A stretch of DNA of 64,000 bases from an uncultured SAR86 cluster bacterium. GTDB lineage: Bacteria > Pseudomonadota > Gammaproteobacteria > Magnimaribacterales > D2472. Shown here in pieces: positions 9,823-20,401 of the stretch (the stretch's first letter is position 1; every line of letters starts with the position of its first letter). The position numbers and the translations under genes are program-made. Below the pieces are notes generated by a model. That model was not told the DNA's origin, did no database searches, and saw nothing but the letters and a program-made list of their open reading frames with translations. Location of the stretch: assembly GCA_902516285.1 (NCBI GenBank), contig CABXXT010000006.1:9780-73779 (forward strand). The letters run 5' to 3'.

Positions 9823-11919
9823 TTAATCAGCTTTATTTGCTAAAGCTTTCATTGATAATTTCATCTTTCCTCTATCAAATCCTATTAGCTTTACTTCAAT
9901 TTCTTGACCTTCTTCAAGTACATCATTTACATTTTCTGTTCTTTCCTCTGAGATTTCTGAAATATGCAGCAACCCATCTTTGCCAGGTAAAATATTTACA
10001 AATGCTCCAAATTCAACAATCTTAACTACCTTTCCCTTATACACTTTATCTAGCTCAGGTTCTTCAAGTATTCCTTCAATTATAGCTAAGCATTCTTTCA
10101 TTGATTTTTGGTTTTGACCAAATACCGATACCACTCCATCATCATTAATATCAACAGTAGCACCAGTCTTTTCTTGCATTGATTTTATAACTGCTCCACC
10201 TTTTCCAATAATTTCTTTTATTTTATCCTTATCAACCATAAATGATTTCATTGATGGAGCATTCTCAGATAATTCTTTTGGAGAAGAAAGTACATCATTC
10301 ATAATCCCAAGAATATGATTCCTGGCCGATTTTGCTTTAATGAGTGCAGATTCCATGATTGATTCGTCTATTCCAGATATTTTAATATCCATCTGAAGTG
10401 CAGTAATTCCTGTTTCAGTTCCAGCAACTTTAAAATCCATGTCACCAAGATGATCTTCATCTCCTAAAATATCTGTCAAAACTGCAAAATCATCTCCTTC
10501 CTTTATAAGACCCATAGCGATACCTGCAACTGGGCTTGTCAATGGAACACCAGCATCCATTAATGATAATGAGGTTCCACAGACTGATGCCATTGAACTT
10601 GAGCCGTTTGATTCGGTTATTTCTGATACAACTCTCATGGTATAACCAAATTCATCAACATCTGGCAATACTGCTTTTATAGCTCTTTTAGCAAGATTTC
10701 CATGTCCTATTTCACGTCTTTTAGGACCCATCGGCATTCCTATTTCTCCTACACTGTAAGCAGGAAAATTATAATGAAGCATAAAATTATCAGAGCCCTC
10801 ACCCTCGATTGATTCAATTCTTTGCGCATCTCTTGAGGAACCCAATGTTGCTACTACCATAGCTTGTGTTTCACCTCTTGTAAATAAAGCTGAACCATGT
10901 GTACCTGGAAGCACATTTGTTTCTACAAAAATAGGTCTAACTGTATCTAGATCTCTTCCATCTATTCTTGGCAAATTATTGAGGATATTCCCACGAACAA
11001 TATTTTTCTCTAATTCCTTAAATGAATTAAGCGCCTTTCCCATCTCAATTTCATCTAATTCTTCGTAATCTTCAGTAATCAATTTTTTAACATCTGATAG
11101 AGTATTGTTTCGCTCTGCTTTATTAGAAATTTTAAATGCCTCAGTTATTTGTTCTTTATATTTAGTTTCGATTTCAAAATAATAATTATTTGTATTTTTT
11201 TCCTCTTGAATAACCCATTCTTCATTTCCAGTTAAACCTTTTAGTTCATTACATGCGTTAATGACGGCTTTCATTTCTTGATGTCCAAATAAAACTGCCC
11301 CAAGCATAAGATCTTCATTCAATTCTTTTGCTTCAGACTCAACCATTAAAACTGCTTTATCAGTTCCAGCAACAACCATATCCAAATATGATTCATCTAA
11401 TTCTTCATAAGACGGATTTAAAATATATTCTCCATCTATGAAACCAACACGTGCAGCCCCCATAGGCCCATCAAAGGGAACTCCTGAGATAGTTAACGCT
11501 GCTGATGCACCTATCATTGCAGCTATGTCAGGATTTTGCTTTTTATCAGATGACATAACAGTGCAGAATATCTGTATTTCGTTTGTAAAATTGTCAGGGA
11601 ACATTGGTCTAATAGGACGATCTATTAATCTAGATGTTAACGTCTCTCTTTCTGTTGGACGTGCCTCTCTTTTGAAGAAACCACCTGGAATTCTACCAGT
11701 TGCGTAAAACTTTTCTTGGTAAAAGACAGCTAATGGGAAAAATCCTTTGTTTGGATCTGCTTCTTTTTTTGCAACTACAGTAGTCAGTACTACTAGATCT
11801 CCTATGGTGACCATTACTGCAGCTGTAGCCTGTCTCGCAACTTTATTTGTTTCTATTTTTACTTTTTGATTTCCGTACTGGAATTCTACACTTGTAGATT
11901 CTAATTTATTATTTTCCAC
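9823..11919 (-). CDS. pnp: Polyribonucleotide nucleotidyltransferase
   Basis: [41 protein letters not shown] and S1 domains; GTG start. Confidence 0.98.
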   Translation of the reverse strand: MENNKLESTSVEFQYGNQKVKIETNKVARQATAAVMVTIGDLVVLTTVVAKKEADPNKGFFPLAVFYQEKFYATGRIPGGFFKREARPTERETLTSRLIDRPIRPMFPDNFTNEIQIFCTVMSSDKKQNPDIAAMIGASAALTISGVPFDGPMGAARVGFIDGEYILNPSYEELDESYLDMVVAGTDKAVLMVESEAKELNEDLMLGAVLFGHQEMKAVINACNELKGLTGNEEWVIQEEKNTNNYYFEIETKYKEQITEAFKISNKAERNNTLSDVKKLITEDYEELDEIEMGKALNSFKELEKNIVRGNILNNLPRIDGRDLDTVRPIFVETNVLPGTHGSALFTRGETQAMVVATLGSSRDAQRIESIEGEGSDNFMLHYNFPAYSVGEIGMPMGPKRREIGHGNLAKRAIKAVLPDVDEFGYTMRVVSEITESNGSSSMASVCGTSLSLMDAGVPLTSPVAGIAMGLIKEGDDFAVLTDILGDEDHLGDMDFKVAGTETGITALQMDIKISGIDESIMESALIKAKSARNHILGIMNDVLSSPKELSENAPSMKSFMVDKDKIKEIIGKGGAVIKSMQEKTGATVDINDDGVVSVFGQNQKSMKECLAIIEGILEEPELDKVYKGKVVKIVEFGAFVNILPGKDGLLHISEISEERTENVNDVLEEGQEIEVKLIGFDRGKMKLSMKALANKAD

Positions 11920-11947
11920 GATTTTCCTTTAAATTATAAAAATGGTA

Positions 11948-12217
11948 TTAACCTCTTAGATTTAGTTTTTTTACTAAATCTGAATAACTGTTAGCATCTT
12001 TCCTTTTTAAATAGGCTAAAAGCTTTCTTCTTAGATTAACCATTCTGATAAGACCAGTTCTGGAGTGATGGTCTTTGTTATGATTTTTGAAATGATTTTG
12101 AAGTTTATTAATATTTTCTGTTAAAAGCGCTATTTGCACTTCTGGTGATCCAGTATCACCCTCATTTCTTTTAAATTTATTAACTATACTTGCTTTCTCT
12201 TCAGTTAATAGTGCCAT
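11948..12217 (-). CDS. rpsO: 30S ribosomal protein uS15
   Basis: [30 protein letters not shown]. Confidence 0.98.
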   Translation of the reverse strand: MALLTEEKASIVNKFKRNEGDTGSPEVQIALLTENINKLQNHFKNHNKDHHSRTGLIRMVNLRRKLLAYLKRKDANSYSDLVKKLNLRG

Positions 12218-12288
12218 ATTGTTATCCTTGTAATGTAATTAATGAGCCGCAAACCTCTCATTACTGAAGTAAGCGATCGAATATTATA
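12218..12288 (-). promoter_or_regulatory. rpsO promoter -10 and structured 5' leader (candidate S15 autoregulatory element)
   Basis: TATAAT at 12283-12288 (minus); leader has GATCGCT and hairpin TAATGAG-10nt-CTCATTA (12240-12263) before SD AAGGA. Confidence 0.5.
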
Positions 12289-12301
12289 ACTTATTAATGA
12301 T

Positions 12302-13141
12302 TTAAACAAGCTGTTTATGTTTTAAACACTCATTGTTTACTTCTCCAATCCCAATAAAAGTGTTATTTTGATCAATAATTTTATAAATATTTGTTAATTC
12401 AGTCCTATTTATAAGCTTTCGCCCATTTGAAAAAAATTTAAGTTCGTTTGAGTTTAACTCTAATGTTTCTAAATTTTGAAAAGCATCCTCAATGGGAATT
12501 ATGTGTCTTACTTTAAGTTCACCTAGCAATCTCGAATCTTCAATGCTGAAGTTATCCTGTGAAATTCTTTTCAATGATTTCATATGTGCTCCACATCCCA
12601 ATTTTTCTCCAAGATCCCTTGCTATTGATCTAATATATGTCCCTTTTGAACAATTTATATTGAAAGAACAAATATTATTAATTACATTGATATTATTGAT
12701 ATTTTTTATATCTATTTTTCGTGGCTCTTTTTCAATCAAATTTCCTTTTCTTGCATATTTATATAATGGCTTTCCTTTATGCTTTAGAGCTGAAAAAAAT
12801 GGAGGTTTTTGCATTGAAATCCCTTTAAATTTTTGAATTTCTTCTATTATTTTTTGCTTTTTTGGAATATTTTGTGATTCATAAATTACCTCTCCTGTTG
12901 CATCATCAGTGTTAGTTGAAATACCAAGTTCGACTGAAACATCATAAGACTTATCTGCATTTAAAAAGTAATTAGAAAATTTTGTTGCTCTATTGATTGC
13001 AATAATTAATAATCCTTCTGCAGCAGGATCAAGGGTTCCCAAGTGTCCTACCTTTTTAAAAGAGAAAGTTTTTTTTATTTTTTGAACAACAAAATTTGAT
13101 GAGTCACCATACTCTTTATTAACTAAAAAAAAACCGTTCAT
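12302..13141 (-). CDS. truB: tRNA pseudouridine(55) synthase
   Basis: KVGHLGTLDP, QKPPFFSALK, CSKGTYIRSIARDLG. Confidence 0.96.
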   Translation of the reverse strand: MNGFFLVNKEYGDSSNFVVQKIKKTFSFKKVGHLGTLDPAAEGLLIIAINRATKFSNYFLNADKSYDVSVELGISTNTDDATGEVIYESQNIPKKQKIIEEIQKFKGISMQKPPFFSALKHKGKPLYKYARKGNLIEKEPRKIDIKNINNINVINNICSFNINCSKGTYIRSIARDLGEKLGCGAHMKSLKRISQDNFSIEDSRLLGELKVRHIIPIEDAFQNLETLELNSNELKFFSNGRKLINRTELTNIYKIIDQNNTFIGIGEVNNECLKHKQLV

Positions 13142-13143
13142 AG

Positions 13144-13491
13144 TTATTTGAGATCTTTGAGCAGCTCTTCTATATTTCTAGAGTATTCAATGCTCTCATC
13201 AAACTTAAATATAATTTTAGGAATCCTTCTGATCTGGATGCTTTTTGAGAGCTTAGATCTTATCATTCCAGAAAGCTTTTTAAGGAGTCTTTCCTCAATC
13301 ATACTCTCATTTTTTTTTATAGATTTTCCAACGATTGTATAGTAAATGTATGCAATGCCAATATCATCTGTGACCTTTACAGTCGTTATATTTAAGTTTT
13401 GAAATCTAGGATCTTTAACATCCTTATTTATAATAAGAGAGACTTCTCTTTTAAGTAAATCTGCAATTTTTTCAGACCTGTTTGATGTCAT
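13144..13491 (-). CDS. rbfA: Ribosome-binding factor A
   Basis: VKDPR and IRRIPKIIFKFDES motifs; infB-rbfA-truB order. Confidence 0.93.
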   Translation of the reverse strand: MTSNRSEKIADLLKREVSLIINKDVKDPRFQNLNITTVKVTDDIGIAYIYYTIVGKSIKKNESMIEERLLKKLSGMIRSKLSKSIQIRRIPKIIFKFDESIEYSRNIEELLKDLK

Positions 13492-13497
13492 AAATTA

Positions 13498-15759
13498 TTA
13501 AATTACTTGAGCTTCTTCCTTTCTATCAAATACCTCAATTTTATCTCCAGGTTTTATATCTTTATAATTTTTAATTCCCATACCACATTCATTGCCGTTT
13601 TTGACTTCATTTACATCCTCTTTGAACCTTCTTAGCGAATTTAACTCTCCTTCAAAAATAACAATTTCATCTCTTAAGACTCTAACGGGCTTATTTCTTA
13701 AAACATTTCCTTCAATAACATTGCAACCAGCAACTTGTCCAAATTTCGGTGAATTAAATACTTCTAATACTTCTGCTGTCCCAACAATAATTTCTTTTAC
13801 AATTGGATCTAAAAGTCCACTCATTCTAGCCTTAACATCATCTAGTAGTTCATAAATTATGCTGTGATAACTAAGTGGAATTGATTCGGATTCAATAATT
13901 TTTTTTGCTGTATTGTCAGCTCTTACATTAAAACCAATAATTATCGAGTCAACTGCCACAGCAAGATTAGCATCTGATTCGCTAATACCTCCAACACCAC
14001 TAGAAACAATTTTTACTTTTGCTTTTTCATTGCCAAGTTCAAATAATGCAGAATTTATTGCTTCACATGTTCCACCAACGTCGGTTTTAATAATTACATT
14101 AAGAACCTTCCTTTGTTCTTGCCCCAAAGTTTCAAAAAGATCACCTACTGATTCATCTTTTTGTTTTAAAAGTTTTTTCTCTTTCTCTTTTATAACTCTA
14201 AACTCTGCAATTTCACGAGCTTGTTTTTCGTTTTTAACAACCTGAAATTGATCTCCAGAAGTTGGTACACTATTAAGTCCGAGTACTTCTACAGCTGCTG
14301 ATGGTCCAGCTGTTTTAATTTTTTGGCCATCACTATTAACAATACTTTTAATTTTTCCAATTGTGTTTCCAGAAACAACCAAGTCTCCAACTTTAAGAGT
14401 TCCATTTTGAATAAGAAGTGTTGATACAGCTCCTCTAAATTTATCTAATTCTGATTCAATTACAACTCCTTGAGCTGCTCCTTCATAATGAGCTTTCAAT
14501 TCAAGAAGTTCTGCCTCTAAAGAAATACTTTCTAAAAGCTCTTCAATACCATCACCTTTGAGAGCCGATATTGGTTTCATCTGTATATTCCCACCCCAAT
14601 CCTCTGGTGTTAAGTCTTTGCTTGCCAAGTCACCTTTGACTTTTTCAATATCTGCGCCATCTAAGTCAACTTTATTTATAGCTACTACAATCGAAACTCC
14701 TGCAGCCTTTGCATGATTAATTGCTTCTTCGGTTTGTGGCTTAATACCGTCATTTGCAGCTACAACTAAAACTACAATATCAGTGGTATTTGCACCTCTG
14801 GCTCGCATCGACGAGAAAGCAGCATGACCAGGTGTATCAATAAAAGTAAGTCTTCCTTTTGAAGTCTTAACCTCATATGCGCCAATATGTTGTGTTATTC
14901 CTCCTGCCTCTCCATCTACAACTTTTGTTTTTCTTATAAAATCTAATAAAGTGGTTTTACCATGGTCAACATGACCCATGACTGTTATTACTGCAGGTCT
15001 GGATTTGGCTTCATCTTTATATTGGATTAAATTAGCCATATCTTCTTCTAAATTTTCTTCTTTAATTGCGATTCCATTATGTCCAATCTCCTCAACAACC
15101 AAAATTGCTGTTTCTTGATCAATAAAATCATTAATGTTTGCTACTACGCCTAAACTCATTAAGTTTTTTACAACTTCGCCACCTTTTACAGCCATGGATT
15201 TAGCTAGATCACCAACTTGAACTGTTTCAGGTACTTCTACATCTTTCTTTATAAATTCTTTTGGCGGTTCGAATTGATGTTTTGAATCATCAAAGTTGAT
15301 TTCCTTTTTCTTGTAAGCATTTACAGCGCTTGATAATTGGTCTTTTACATTTACTGGAGTAATTTGTTGAACATCAGTTTTTTTAAATTTAGATTTTCTA
15401 TTTTCTTGCTTTTGCTTGACAGCTTCTTTGAGTTGTTCTTCCCTTTTAATTTGTTGCTCTTTAAGCTGCTCTGATGCTGCTGCCCTTTTTGCCTCAATAT
15501 TATCTGAATAACTCTTCTTTGAAGAAGTCGATAAAGATGCTTTTCCTTTTGATGTAACTTTTACACCCGATTCTGAAGTCACAGATTTTGATGGTGTTGA
15601 TTTTGCTCCTTTTAAAAATTTAAGTAAAGCTTGTTTATCAGCAGGTGTTATTTCATCTGATTCTTTACTATGGCTTAAGCCTGCCTTTTGCATTCTATCA
15701 ATTAAAGCTTTATCACTGATCTTTAATGTTTTTGCAAAGTCTTTTACTGTGATAGCCAA
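13498..15759 (-). CDS. infB: Translation initiation factor IF-2 (short N-terminal region)
   Basis: MGHVDHGKTTLLD, GGITQHIGAY, DTPGHAAF, NKVD; TTG start with SD GGAG. Confidence 0.98.
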   Translation of the reverse strand: MAITVKDFAKTLKISDKALIDRMQKAGLSHSKESDEITPADKQALLKFLKGAKSTPSKSVTSESGVKVTSKGKASLSTSSKKSYSDNIEAKRAAASEQLKEQQIKREEQLKEAVKQKQENRKSKFKKTDVQQITPVNVKDQLSSAVNAYKKKEINFDDSKHQFEPPKEFIKKDVEVPETVQVGDLAKSMAVKGGEVVKNLMSLGVVANINDFIDQETAILVVEEIGHNGIAIKEENLEEDMANLIQYKDEAKSRPAVITVMGHVDHGKTTLLDFIRKTKVVDGEAGGITQHIGAYEVKTSKGRLTFIDTPGHAAFSSMRARGANTTDIVVLVVAANDGIKPQTEEAINHAKAAGVSIVVAINKVDLDGADIEKVKGDLASKDLTPEDWGGNIQMKPISALKGDGIEELLESISLEAELLELKAHYEGAAQGVVIESELDKFRGAVSTLLIQNGTLKVGDLVVSGNTIGKIKSIVNSDGQKIKTAGPSAAVEVLGLNSVPTSGDQFQVVKNEKQAREIAEFRVIKEKEKKLLKQKDESVGDLFETLGQEQRKVLNVIIKTDVGGTCEAINSALFELGNEKAKVKIVSSGVGGISESDANLAVAVDSIIIGFNVRADNTAKKIIESESIPLSYHSIIYELLDDVKARMSGLLDPIVKEIIVGTAEVLEVFNSPKFGQVAGCNVIEGNVLRNKPVRVLRDEIVIFEGELNSLRRFKEDVNEVKNGNECGMGIKNYKDIKPGDKIEVFDRKEEAQVI

Positions 15760-15767
15760 TTTAACTC

Positions 15768-17234
15768 CTACTCCTCTTTAAACCAATGTTCTCTGGCCTT
15801 CATGATCATTGAAGAGGCCTCATCATTAGAAATATCAATGATGTCTTTTAATTCATCTACTGAAAGTTCTGCAAGATCGTCTTTATTCTTTATACCTTTA
15901 TTAGAAAGTTTTTGTATATTTTCGTCTTCCAGGTTTAAATCTGAAAGTGATTCAATATTTTCTTCTTCCTCAGAAACAGCTCCCATTGCCTCCACTAAGG
16001 CAGCATCTTCAGCAGCGAGTTTAATTCTATTAATTTCATCTTCACTTTCAATAAAGTCAGAAAAAATATCATTATTAGCATAAGCTATCCCATCAAAAGA
16101 GCTTAATCCTGTAGATATTATTTTTTCACCCACCTCATCTGATATATCAAGATTATCAATAATTTTTGCTAAGAATTCAGTTTCATCAACTTTCACTTTT
16201 GCTTCAGCCTCATCATTACTTATAACGTTGAGATTCCAACCAGCTAACTTTGATGCAAGTCTTATGTTTTGACCTCGAGATCCAATTGCCAATGCAAGAT
16301 TATCCTCATTCACAGCAATCTCCATTGATCTAGATTCTTCATCCATAACAATTGACTCAACTTTAGCAGGAGATAATGCATTAATAACTAATTGGGCAGG
16401 GTTGTCATCATATATAATAATATCTATTCTTTCATTGCCCAACTCAGATGAAACAGCCTGGACTCTTGAGCCTCTCATCCCAACACAGGCTCCAACAGGA
16501 TCAATCCTTCCATCATTTGTTTTAACAGCTATTTTTGATCTAGACCCGGCATCTCTAGCCACTCCCCTAATTTCGATAACATCTTCATTTATCTCTGGAA
16601 CTTCAATACTAAATAATTCTGTAACCATCTCTGGACATGATCTATTTAAAAGTAATTGCGGACCTCTGCCTTCAATCTCAGTAATTTGAAGCACTGCACG
16701 AATCCTGTCATTAATTTTATATATTTCACCTGGCATTAGCTTATCTCTTGGTAAAAGGGCCTCTGCCTCTTGAGAAATATCAACAATAATATTGTCTCTA
16801 GTAACTCTTTTTACAGTACCAGAAACAAGTTTATTATTTTGTGATTTAAATTGTTCAACAACTTTTTCTCTCTCTGCTTCACGAACTTTTTGAAGCATTA
16901 CTTGCCTTGCTGCTTGAGTTTCTATCCTACCAAAAATGACATTCTCCTGTTTTACAGTCATGATTTCGCCTATTTCTAATTTTGAATCATCAGTGGTTGT
17001 GTGGGTTTCGTGATGAAACTCCTCATTATTTTTATCAAATACAATCCAATTCCTATGAGTAGAATATTCACCAGTATTTCTATCTATTTCCACAAATAAA
17101 TCAGCATCCTCATGAAAATGTCGTTGAGACGCGGATGCAATTGCGATTTCTATTGCTTTAAAAATAATATCTTTATCAAGGCCTTTCTCTGTTGAAACAG
17201 AATCAACAACAGTTAAAATTTCGTTACTTTGCAT
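15768..17234 (-). CDS. nusA: Transcription termination/antitermination factor NusA
   Basis: FGRIETQAARQ, DPVGACVGMRGSRVQ, AIGSRGQNIRLAS, C-terminal acidic repeats. Confidence 0.97.
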   Translation of the reverse strand: MQSNEILTVVDSVSTEKGLDKDIIFKAIEIAIASASQRHFHEDADLFVEIDRNTGEYSTHRNWIVFDKNNEEFHHETHTTTDDSKLEIGEIMTVKQENVIFGRIETQAARQVMLQKVREAEREKVVEQFKSQNNKLVSGTVKRVTRDNIIVDISQEAEALLPRDKLMPGEIYKINDRIRAVLQITEIEGRGPQLLLNRSCPEMVTELFSIEVPEINEDVIEIRGVARDAGSRSKIAVKTNDGRIDPVGACVGMRGSRVQAVSSELGNERIDIIIYDDNPAQLVINALSPAKVESIVMDEESRSMEIAVNEDNLALAIGSRGQNIRLASKLAGWNLNVISNDEAEAKVKVDETEFLAKIIDNLDISDEVGEKIISTGLSSFDGIAYANNDIFSDFIESEDEINRIKLAAEDAALVEAMGAVSEEEENIESLSDLNLEDENIQKLSNKGIKNKDDLAELSVDELKDIIDISNDEASSMIMKAREHWFKEE

Positions 17235-17706
17235 AATTATTTTCCTTAATTAATTTTTTAAAATTTGGTTTTAATTTGCATAAATCGATATCATTAAAAT
17301 TAAAATTCATAACTTTGTTTTCAACTACTATAGAGAACATATCCTCTTTACATTTTGAAAGTTTTCCAGAAAAAATTCTTTTTCCATTATGCAGCTCCTT
17401 AGACTTGAGTAACAAATCTTCACCAATATAATCATTTAATTGATTGATTTCAAAGAATTTTCTGTCGATACCTGGAGTTGAAACTTCCAAAATATAGTTA
17501 TCACCAAGGCTCAAATCAAGATTTGGTTCATATTTCAAGTCTTTTGATATATTTTCACAATCATTTATATCGACGCCATTATCAGAATCAATAAATATTC
17601 TTAAAGTAGTATTTTTTTTACCTCTTAAAATTTCAATACCCCATAAGAAACAATTATTGTCGTTAATGACTGGTTTAACTATCTTTTCTATATCCTTTTT
17701 CAACAT
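17224..17706 (-). CDS. rimP: Ribosome maturation factor RimP
   Basis: LRIFID, DCENIS, YILEVSTPGIDR; start placed at ATG 17706. Confidence 0.93.
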   Translation of the reverse strand: MLKKDIEKIVKPVINDNNCFLWGIEILRGKKNTTLRIFIDSDNGVDINDCENISKDLKYEPNLDLSLGDNYILEVSTPGIDRKFFEINQLNDYIGEDLLLKSKELHNGKRIFSGKLSKCKEDMFSIVVENKVMNFNFNDIDLCKLKPNFKKLIKENNYAK

Positions 17707-17717
17707 ATTTTTTATAC

Positions 17718-17736
17718 AAAAAAAGGGCAATTGCCC
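17718..17736 (-). terminator. rimP-leader GGGC...GCCC hairpin with U tract
   Basis: Minus strand GGGCAATTGCCC followed by TTTTTTT between tRNA-fMet and rimP; matches the conserved rimP leader terminator-like motif. Confidence 0.75.
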
Positions 17737-17755
17737 CACAAAATTTATCTAACTT

Positions 17756-17832
<77 letters not shown>

Positions 17833-17847
17833 ACGCAGCGAACATGA

Positions 17848-17876
17848 AGTTTATGAAAGTAAGGATGATTGGTCAA
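17848..17876 (-). promoter_or_regulatory. Sigma70 promoter for the tRNA-fMet-rimP-nusA-infB operon
   Basis: TTGACC (17871-17876), 17 nt spacer, TAAACT (17848-17853) on the minus strand. Confidence 0.7.
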
Positions 17877-17905
17877 GCTTATTTTATGTTTGTTGTTAAC
17901 AAAGT

Positions 17906-17914
17906 TGTTATAAT
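17906..17914 (+). promoter_or_regulatory. Extended -10 promoter for tRNA-Leu
   Basis: TGTTATAAT (TGn plus TATAAT) ending 10 nt before the tRNA. Confidence 0.65.
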
Positions 17915-17924
17915 CACGCAATTT

Positions 17925-18011
17925 GCCGAAGTGGTGGAATTGGTAGACACGCTAGCTTGAGGGGCTAGTGAGCGAAAGCTCGTGCGGGTTCAAGTCCCGC
18001 TTTCGGCACCA
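17925..18011 (+). tRNA. tRNA-Leu (anticodon GAG)
   Basis: GCCGAAG/TTTCGGC acceptor, CTAGC-TTGAGGG-GCTAG anticodon arm, long variable arm GAGC-GAAA-GCTC, CCA end. Confidence 0.96.
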
Positions 18012-18020
18012 TTATTATTT

Positions 18021-18332
18021 TTAATCTAAAGGAATTTCGTCTGAAAAACTATCTTCTGTAGCCTCTTCAATTAATGGGGTATCAAAAATGATTTCTGAGT
18101 TCTCATTTTTATATAGATATGCCAAGAGCATAGACAATATGAGCCAGATAGTAACAAGAATATATGTAATTTTTCCAAGAAAATTAGATGGGCCTAGAGC
18201 TCCAAACATTGAATTTGAAGATCCTCCTCCAAAAGCAGAACCAAGATCTGAACCCTTTCCTTGTTGGAGTAAAACTAATCCTATAATGACTATAGCAAGA
18301 ACTATACAAATTACTTTAATAAATATAATCAT
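18021..18332 (-). CDS. secG: Preprotein translocase subunit SecG
   Basis: VLLQQGKGSDLGSAFGGG, two TM segments; ATGA overlap with tpiA. Confidence 0.95.
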   Translation of the reverse strand: MIIFIKVICIVLAIVIIGLVLLQQGKGSDLGSAFGGGSSNSMFGALGPSNFLGKITYILVTIWLILSMLLAYLYKNENSEIIFDTPLIEEATEDSFSDEIPLD

Positions 18333-19069
18333 TTATAACTTCCATTAAAACTTTTAACAATATTAGCAAAACTGGTTCCCTCTAAAGAAGCTCCACCAAT
18401 TAATGCACCATCAATAAATTCACAATTAAAAAAATCTTTACAATTATCAACATTCACACTTCCGCCATATAAAACATGGGGTATCAATGAATTTATTGAA
18501 GAGGATTGTACAACATCTTTAATAAATTTATGAATTTCATTCACTTCTTCTTTTAAAGGCGTCTTACCTGTTCCTATTGCCCAAACAGGCTCATATGCAA
18601 TAACAATTTCGTTTTGAAAATTTAAACCTTCAAGAACTCTCAATTGTTTAGATATTACTTCTTCAATTAAATTATTCTTATTTTCTTCAAACGTTTCACC
18701 AACACATAAAATAGGAGTGGCTACATCAATCAATTTATGAATTTTTTCTTTTATAGAAGAGTTTTTTTCATCAAAATATTGTCTTCTCTCCGAATGTCCA
18801 ACTATAGAAAAATTACATTCATAATCTAAAATCATTTCAGCTGAAATTGCACCTGTCATCGCACCACTTGCAGCATCCAAATCTTGAGTTCCCAGTTTTA
18901 TTCCTAGAGATTTTTCAGAAATGATTCGTTTTACATATTCCAGGTATATTGTTGGTGGTGCAATACCTATATAAGAACTTTCTTTAGAAATGTAGTTCTT
19001 TACAAATTCTTCAAACCACGTGAAGATCATTTGTTTACTACCATTACACTTCCAATTTGCAATTATCAT
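18329..19069 (-). CDS. tpiA: Triosephosphate isomerase
   Basis: ANWK, GHSERR, IAYEPVWAIGTG, LYGGSV, GALIGGASL. Confidence 0.97.
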   Translation of the reverse strand: MIIANWKCNGSKQMIFTWFEEFVKNYISKESSYIGIAPPTIYLEYVKRIISEKSLGIKLGTQDLDAASGAMTGAISAEMILDYECNFSIVGHSERRQYFDEKNSSIKEKIHKLIDVATPILCVGETFEENKNNLIEEVISKQLRVLEGLNFQNEIVIAYEPVWAIGTGKTPLKEEVNEIHKFIKDVVQSSSINSLIPHVLYGGSVNVDNCKDFFNCEFIDGALIGGASLEGTSFANIVKSFNGSYK

Positions 19070-20392
19070 TTAAGCCTTTGACTTGATGAGCTTTTCAATA
19101 TCAGATGCAAATTTTTCTGCAACATTTCCCTCTGATGCTTCAATCATTATTCTTATTTTTGATTCTGTGCCTGATGCCCTTAATAGAACTCTTTCTACCG
19201 TTATATCAGATTCAATATCTTTAATTATTGAGTTTATATCTTTATCATTTACTATATCTTTATTTTTAACTTGAACAGCTTTATTTACTTGAGGTATCTT
19301 AATAAGATTTCTTAAGACTTCGCTTGGTGTCTTTTCAAGAAGTAAAAGAGAGGAGATAACCTTTAAGGCTGCAATTGTTCCATCACCAGTACTTACTAAA
19401 TCTTTACATATAATGTGGCCTGAGGTTTCTCCTCCAAGCATCCAACCTTTTTTTGTAAGCATTTCACTTACATGTTTATCTCCGACATCAGCTCGTAAAA
19501 ATTTATATCCAAGCTTTTTAATTCCATTTTCAAGGCCTGAGTTACTCATTATAGTTCCAACAACACCAGACCAAGGACCAGTTCTATTTGGATTTGCAAA
19601 TGCCAATATATATAGAAGATCATCGCCGTCAAGAATATTTCCTTTCTCATCAACCAAGATAACTCTATCACCATCACCATCCAGAGAAATTCCATAATCT
19701 GCTCTATGATCGATAACAGCTTTCTTAACCACTTCTGGATTTGTTGAACCACAATTTTTGTTAATATTATAACCATCAGGTTCATTGCCAATAATTATTA
19801 CCTCAGCACCTAATTCTTCAAAAATTTCCGGACTAACCTTATAACAAGCACCGTTTGCACAATCAATAACTATTCTTAGTGAAGAAAATGATATATCGGA
19901 TGGAACTGTTGACTTACAAAATTCAATGTATCTTGGACCTGATTCATCAAACCTGAATGCTTTGCCTATTTCAGATGTCTCAACTGTTGATAGATTTGAT
20001 GATAAATACTTTTCTATTCTTCGTTCTATATCTCTTGAAATTTTTTCTCCATCTTCATTGAAAATTTTTATCCCATTATCCAAAAAATCATTATGAGATG
20101 CGCTTATTACAACACCAAATTTATTTCTTAGAGTCTTTGTAAGATAAGCAACACCGGGAGTTGGTAACGGCCCAAGAAGTCGAACATTTACGCCTGAAGC
20201 AATGAAGCCTGCTTGAAGAGCAGCTTCTAGCATATAACCAGATATTCTTGTATCTTTGCCAATAACAACAGTTTTCCAACCTAGCTCTTTCATAACTAAG
20301 CCAGTTGCATGACCTATTTTTAGACAAGCTTCAGGTGTTATTAAGCTTTCAACGGGGCCTCTGATTCCGTCAGTGCCAAATTTTAAATTCAT
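19070..20392 (-). CDS. glmM: Phosphoglucosamine mutase
   Basis: FGTDGIRG, GKDTRISGY, ISASHN, DGDGDR, GGETSGH, RASGTE. Confidence 0.96.
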   Translation of the reverse strand: MNLKFGTDGIRGPVESLITPEACLKIGHATGLVMKELGWKTVVIGKDTRISGYMLEAALQAGFIASGVNVRLLGPLPTPGVAYLTKTLRNKFGVVISASHNDFLDNGIKIFNEDGEKISRDIERRIEKYLSSNLSTVETSEIGKAFRFDESGPRYIEFCKSTVPSDISFSSLRIVIDCANGACYKVSPEIFEELGAEVIIIGNEPDGYNINKNCGSTNPEVVKKAVIDHRADYGISLDGDGDRVILVDEKGNILDGDDLLYILAFANPNRTGPWSGVVGTIMSNSGLENGIKKLGYKFLRADVGDKHVSEMLTKKGWMLGGETSGHIICKDLVSTGDGTIAALKVISSLLLLEKTPSEVLRNLIKIPQVNKAVQVKNKDIVNDKDINSIIKDIESDITVERVLLRASGTESKIRIMIEASEGNVAEKFASDIEKLIKSKA

Positions 20393-20401
20393 CAAAGAGT
20401 A

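Noticed and set aside
17707-17739. N-terminal extension of RimP (track start 17739)
   Set aside because: It runs through the rimP-leader hairpin and U tract; ATG 17706 fits the family length better
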